Assembly: GCF_056746865.1 (NCBI RefSeq) | Contig: NZ_CM163382.1 | Length of the DNA stretch: 64,000 bases | Reading direction: 5' to 3' (one strand) | In this document: positions 61,995 through 64,000 of the stretch, piece by piece | Numbering within the stretch: the first letter of the stretch is position 1 | Layout of the letters: each line of letters opens with the position of its first letter | Notes under the pieces: generated by a model | What the model was told of the DNA's origin: nothing | Seen by the model: only the letters and a program-made list of their open reading frames with translations | The model's database searches: none | Translations under genes and position numbers: made by a program

Positions 61995-64000
61995 ATGAGC
62001 AAACAATCACAGCATGTATTAATTGCCCTGCCCCACCCGCTGCTTCACCTGGTCAGTTTAGGTTTAGTCTCGTTTATCTTTACCCTTTTCTCGCTTGAGC
62101 TTTCGCAGTTTGGCACCCAACTCGCCCCACTGTGGTTCCCGACGTCCATCATGATGGTGGCGTTTTATCGCCATGCCGGGCGTATGTGGCCGGGGATTGC
62201 GCTGAGCTGCTCACTGGGAAATATCGCCGCATCCATCCTGCTTTTTTCCACCAGCTCGCTGAACATGACCTGGACGACCATCAATATTGTTGAAGCCGTG
62301 GTCGGGGCAGTGCTACTGCGTAAATTGCTGCCGTGGTATAACCCATTGCAAAATCTGGCTGACTGGCTGCGTCTGGCACTCGGCAGCGCCATTGTTCCGC
62401 CTCTGTTGGGGGGTGTTCTGGTTATCCTGCTGACGCCCGGAGACGATCCTCTCAGGGCATTTTTGATATGGGTACTGTCAGAATCCATCGGCGCACTGGC
62501 ACTGGTGCCGCTGGGGTTGTTATTTAAACCACACTATCTGCTGCGCCATCGCAACCCACGGTTGCTTTTTGAGTCGCTGCTCACGTTAGCCATCACACTG
62601 ACGTTAAGCTGGCTTTCGATGCTGTATCTGCCGTGGCCTTTTACTTTCATTATTGTGCTGTTGATGTGGAGCGCCGTGCGCCTGCCACGAATGGAAGCCT
62701 TTTTGATCTTCCTTACCACGGTGATGATGGTGTCACTGATGATGGCCGCGGATCCCTCCCTGCTTGCTACGCCGCGTACATACCTGATGAGCCATATGCC
62801 GTGGCTACCGTTTTTGCTGATCCTGCTGCCCGCCAACATCATGACCATGGTGATGTATGCCTTTCGTGCGGAACGCAAACACATTTCCGAAAGCGAAACC
62901 CGCTTTCGGAACGCGATGGAATATTCCGCTATCGGTATGGCGTTAGTGGGCACCGAGGGACAATGGCTGCAATCCAACAAAGCACTCTGCCAGTTTCTCG
63001 GTTACAGTCAGGAAGAGCTGCGCGGACTCACCTTTCAGCAACTGACCTGGCCGGAGGATCTCAATAAAGATCTGCAACAGGTTGAAAAGCTGATCAGCGG
63101 TGAAATAAACACCTATTCAATGGAAAAACGCTACTACAACCGCAATGGCGATGTTGTCTGGGCGTTGCTTGCCGTCTCACTGGTGCGCCACACGGATGGC
63201 ACGCCGCTCTATTTTATCGCTCAGATTGAAGACATTAACGAGCTAAAACGCACCGAACAGGTGAATCAGCAACTGATGGAGCGCATCACGCTGGCTAACG
63301 AAGCGGGCGGGATTGGCATCTGGGAGTGGGAGCTTAAGCCGAATATTTTTAGCTGGGATAAGCGGATGTTCGAGCTGTATGAAATTCCTCCGCATATCAA
63401 ACCGAACTGGCAGGTGTGGTACGAGTGCGTGCTGCCGGAAGATCGCCAGCATGCCGAAAAAGTGATTCGTGATTCGTTGCAATCACGCTCTCCCTTTAAA
63501 CTGGAATTTCGCATTACCGTGAAAGACGGCATTCGCCATATCCGCGCCCTCGCTAACCGGGTACTGAATAAAGAAGGCGAAGTCGAACGCCTGCTCGGCA
63601 TTAATATGGATATGACCGAGGTAAAACAGCTTAACGAGGCATTGTTTCAGGAAAAAGAGCGCCTGCACATTACGCTGGATTCCATCGGCGAAGCCGTGGT
63701 CTGTATTGATATGGCAATGAAAATTACCTTTATGAATCCGGTGGCGGAGAAGATGAGCGGCTGGACGCAGGAAGAAGCGTTAGGTGTTCCACTCCTGACG
63801 GTGTTGCATATTACTTTTGGCGACAACGGACCATTAATGGAGAACATTTACAGTGCCGACACCTCACGTTCCGCGATTGAACAAGATGTGGTGTTGCACT
63901 GCCGAAGCGGCGGCAGCTACGACGTGCATTACAGTATTACGCCGTTAAGTACTCTGGACGGCAGCAATATTGGTTCGGTTCTGGTGATTCAGGACGTCAC
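61995..64000 (+). CDS. dgcE: Diguanylate cyclase DgcE (YegE), N-terminal membrane sensor and PAS region; runs past the window end
   Basis: ATG at 61995 (MSKQSQHVLIALPHPLLHLVSLGLVSFIFTLFSLELSQFG...) opens a reading frame that, as read by eye in segments, continues to 64000. It is absent from the ORF track because it has no stop in the window. Confidence 0.85.
   Translation, partial: MSKQSQHVLIALPHPLLHLVSLGLVSFIFTLFSLELSQFGTQLAPLWFPTSIMMVAFYRHAGRMWPGIALSCSLGNIAASILLFSTSSLNMTWTTINIVEAVVGAVLLRKLLPWYNPLQNLADWLRLALGSAIVPPLLGGVLVILLTPGDDPLRAFLIWVLSESIGALALVPLGLLFKPHYLLRHRNPRLLFESLLTLAITLTLSWLSMLYLPWPFTFIIVLLMWSAVRLPRMEAFLIFLTTVMMVSLMMAADPSLLATPRTYLMSHMPWLPFLLILLPANIMTMVMYAFRAERKHISESETRFRNAMEYSAIGMALVGTEGQWLQSNKALCQFLGYSQEELRGLTFQQLTWPEDLNKDLQQVEKLISGEINTYSMEKRYYNRNGDVVWALLAVSLVRHTDGTPLYFIAQIEDINELKRTEQVNQQLMERITLANEAGGIGIWEWELKPNIFSWDKRMFELYEIPPHIKPNWQVWYECVLPEDRQHAEKVIRDSLQSRSPFKLEFRITVKDGIRHIRALANRVLNKEGEVERLLGINMDMTEVKQLNEALFQEKERLHITLDSIGEAVVCIDMAMKITFMNPVAEKMSGWTQEEALGVPLLTVLHITFGDNGPLMENIYSADTSRSAIEQDVVLHCRSGGSYDVHYSITPLSTLDGSNIGSVLVIQDV

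Overview
This window is an Escherichia coli-type chromosomal segment that I recognise from the encoded proteins; no database search was run. Layout: yeeE (partial), plaP, yeeY, yeeZ, the yefM-yoeB toxin-antitoxin pair, the complete histidine operon hisLGDCBHAF-I, wzzB, ugd, gnd, a roughly 15 kb AT-rich O-antigen cluster on the minus strand (rmlBDAC, wzx, three glycosyltransferases, wzy, a degraded acetyltransferase, fnlABC, wbuB, wbuC), galF, the complete colanic acid operon (wza to wcaM), yegH, a small two-gene toxin-antitoxin-like insertion, asmA, dcd, udk and the start of dgcE (yegE). No rRNA, tRNA, CRISPR array or IS element was seen. I did not find a clearly new multi-gene system. The best candidates for follow-up are a 12-nt homopolymeric G:C tract inside the O-antigen polymerase gene wzy (possible phase-variation switch), a decayed acetyltransferase gene in the O-antigen cluster, and the accessory HigB-like/XRE pair between yegH and asmA. 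Gene starts were adjusted by eye from the ORF track and may be off by a few codons; serogroup and family assignments are from memory.
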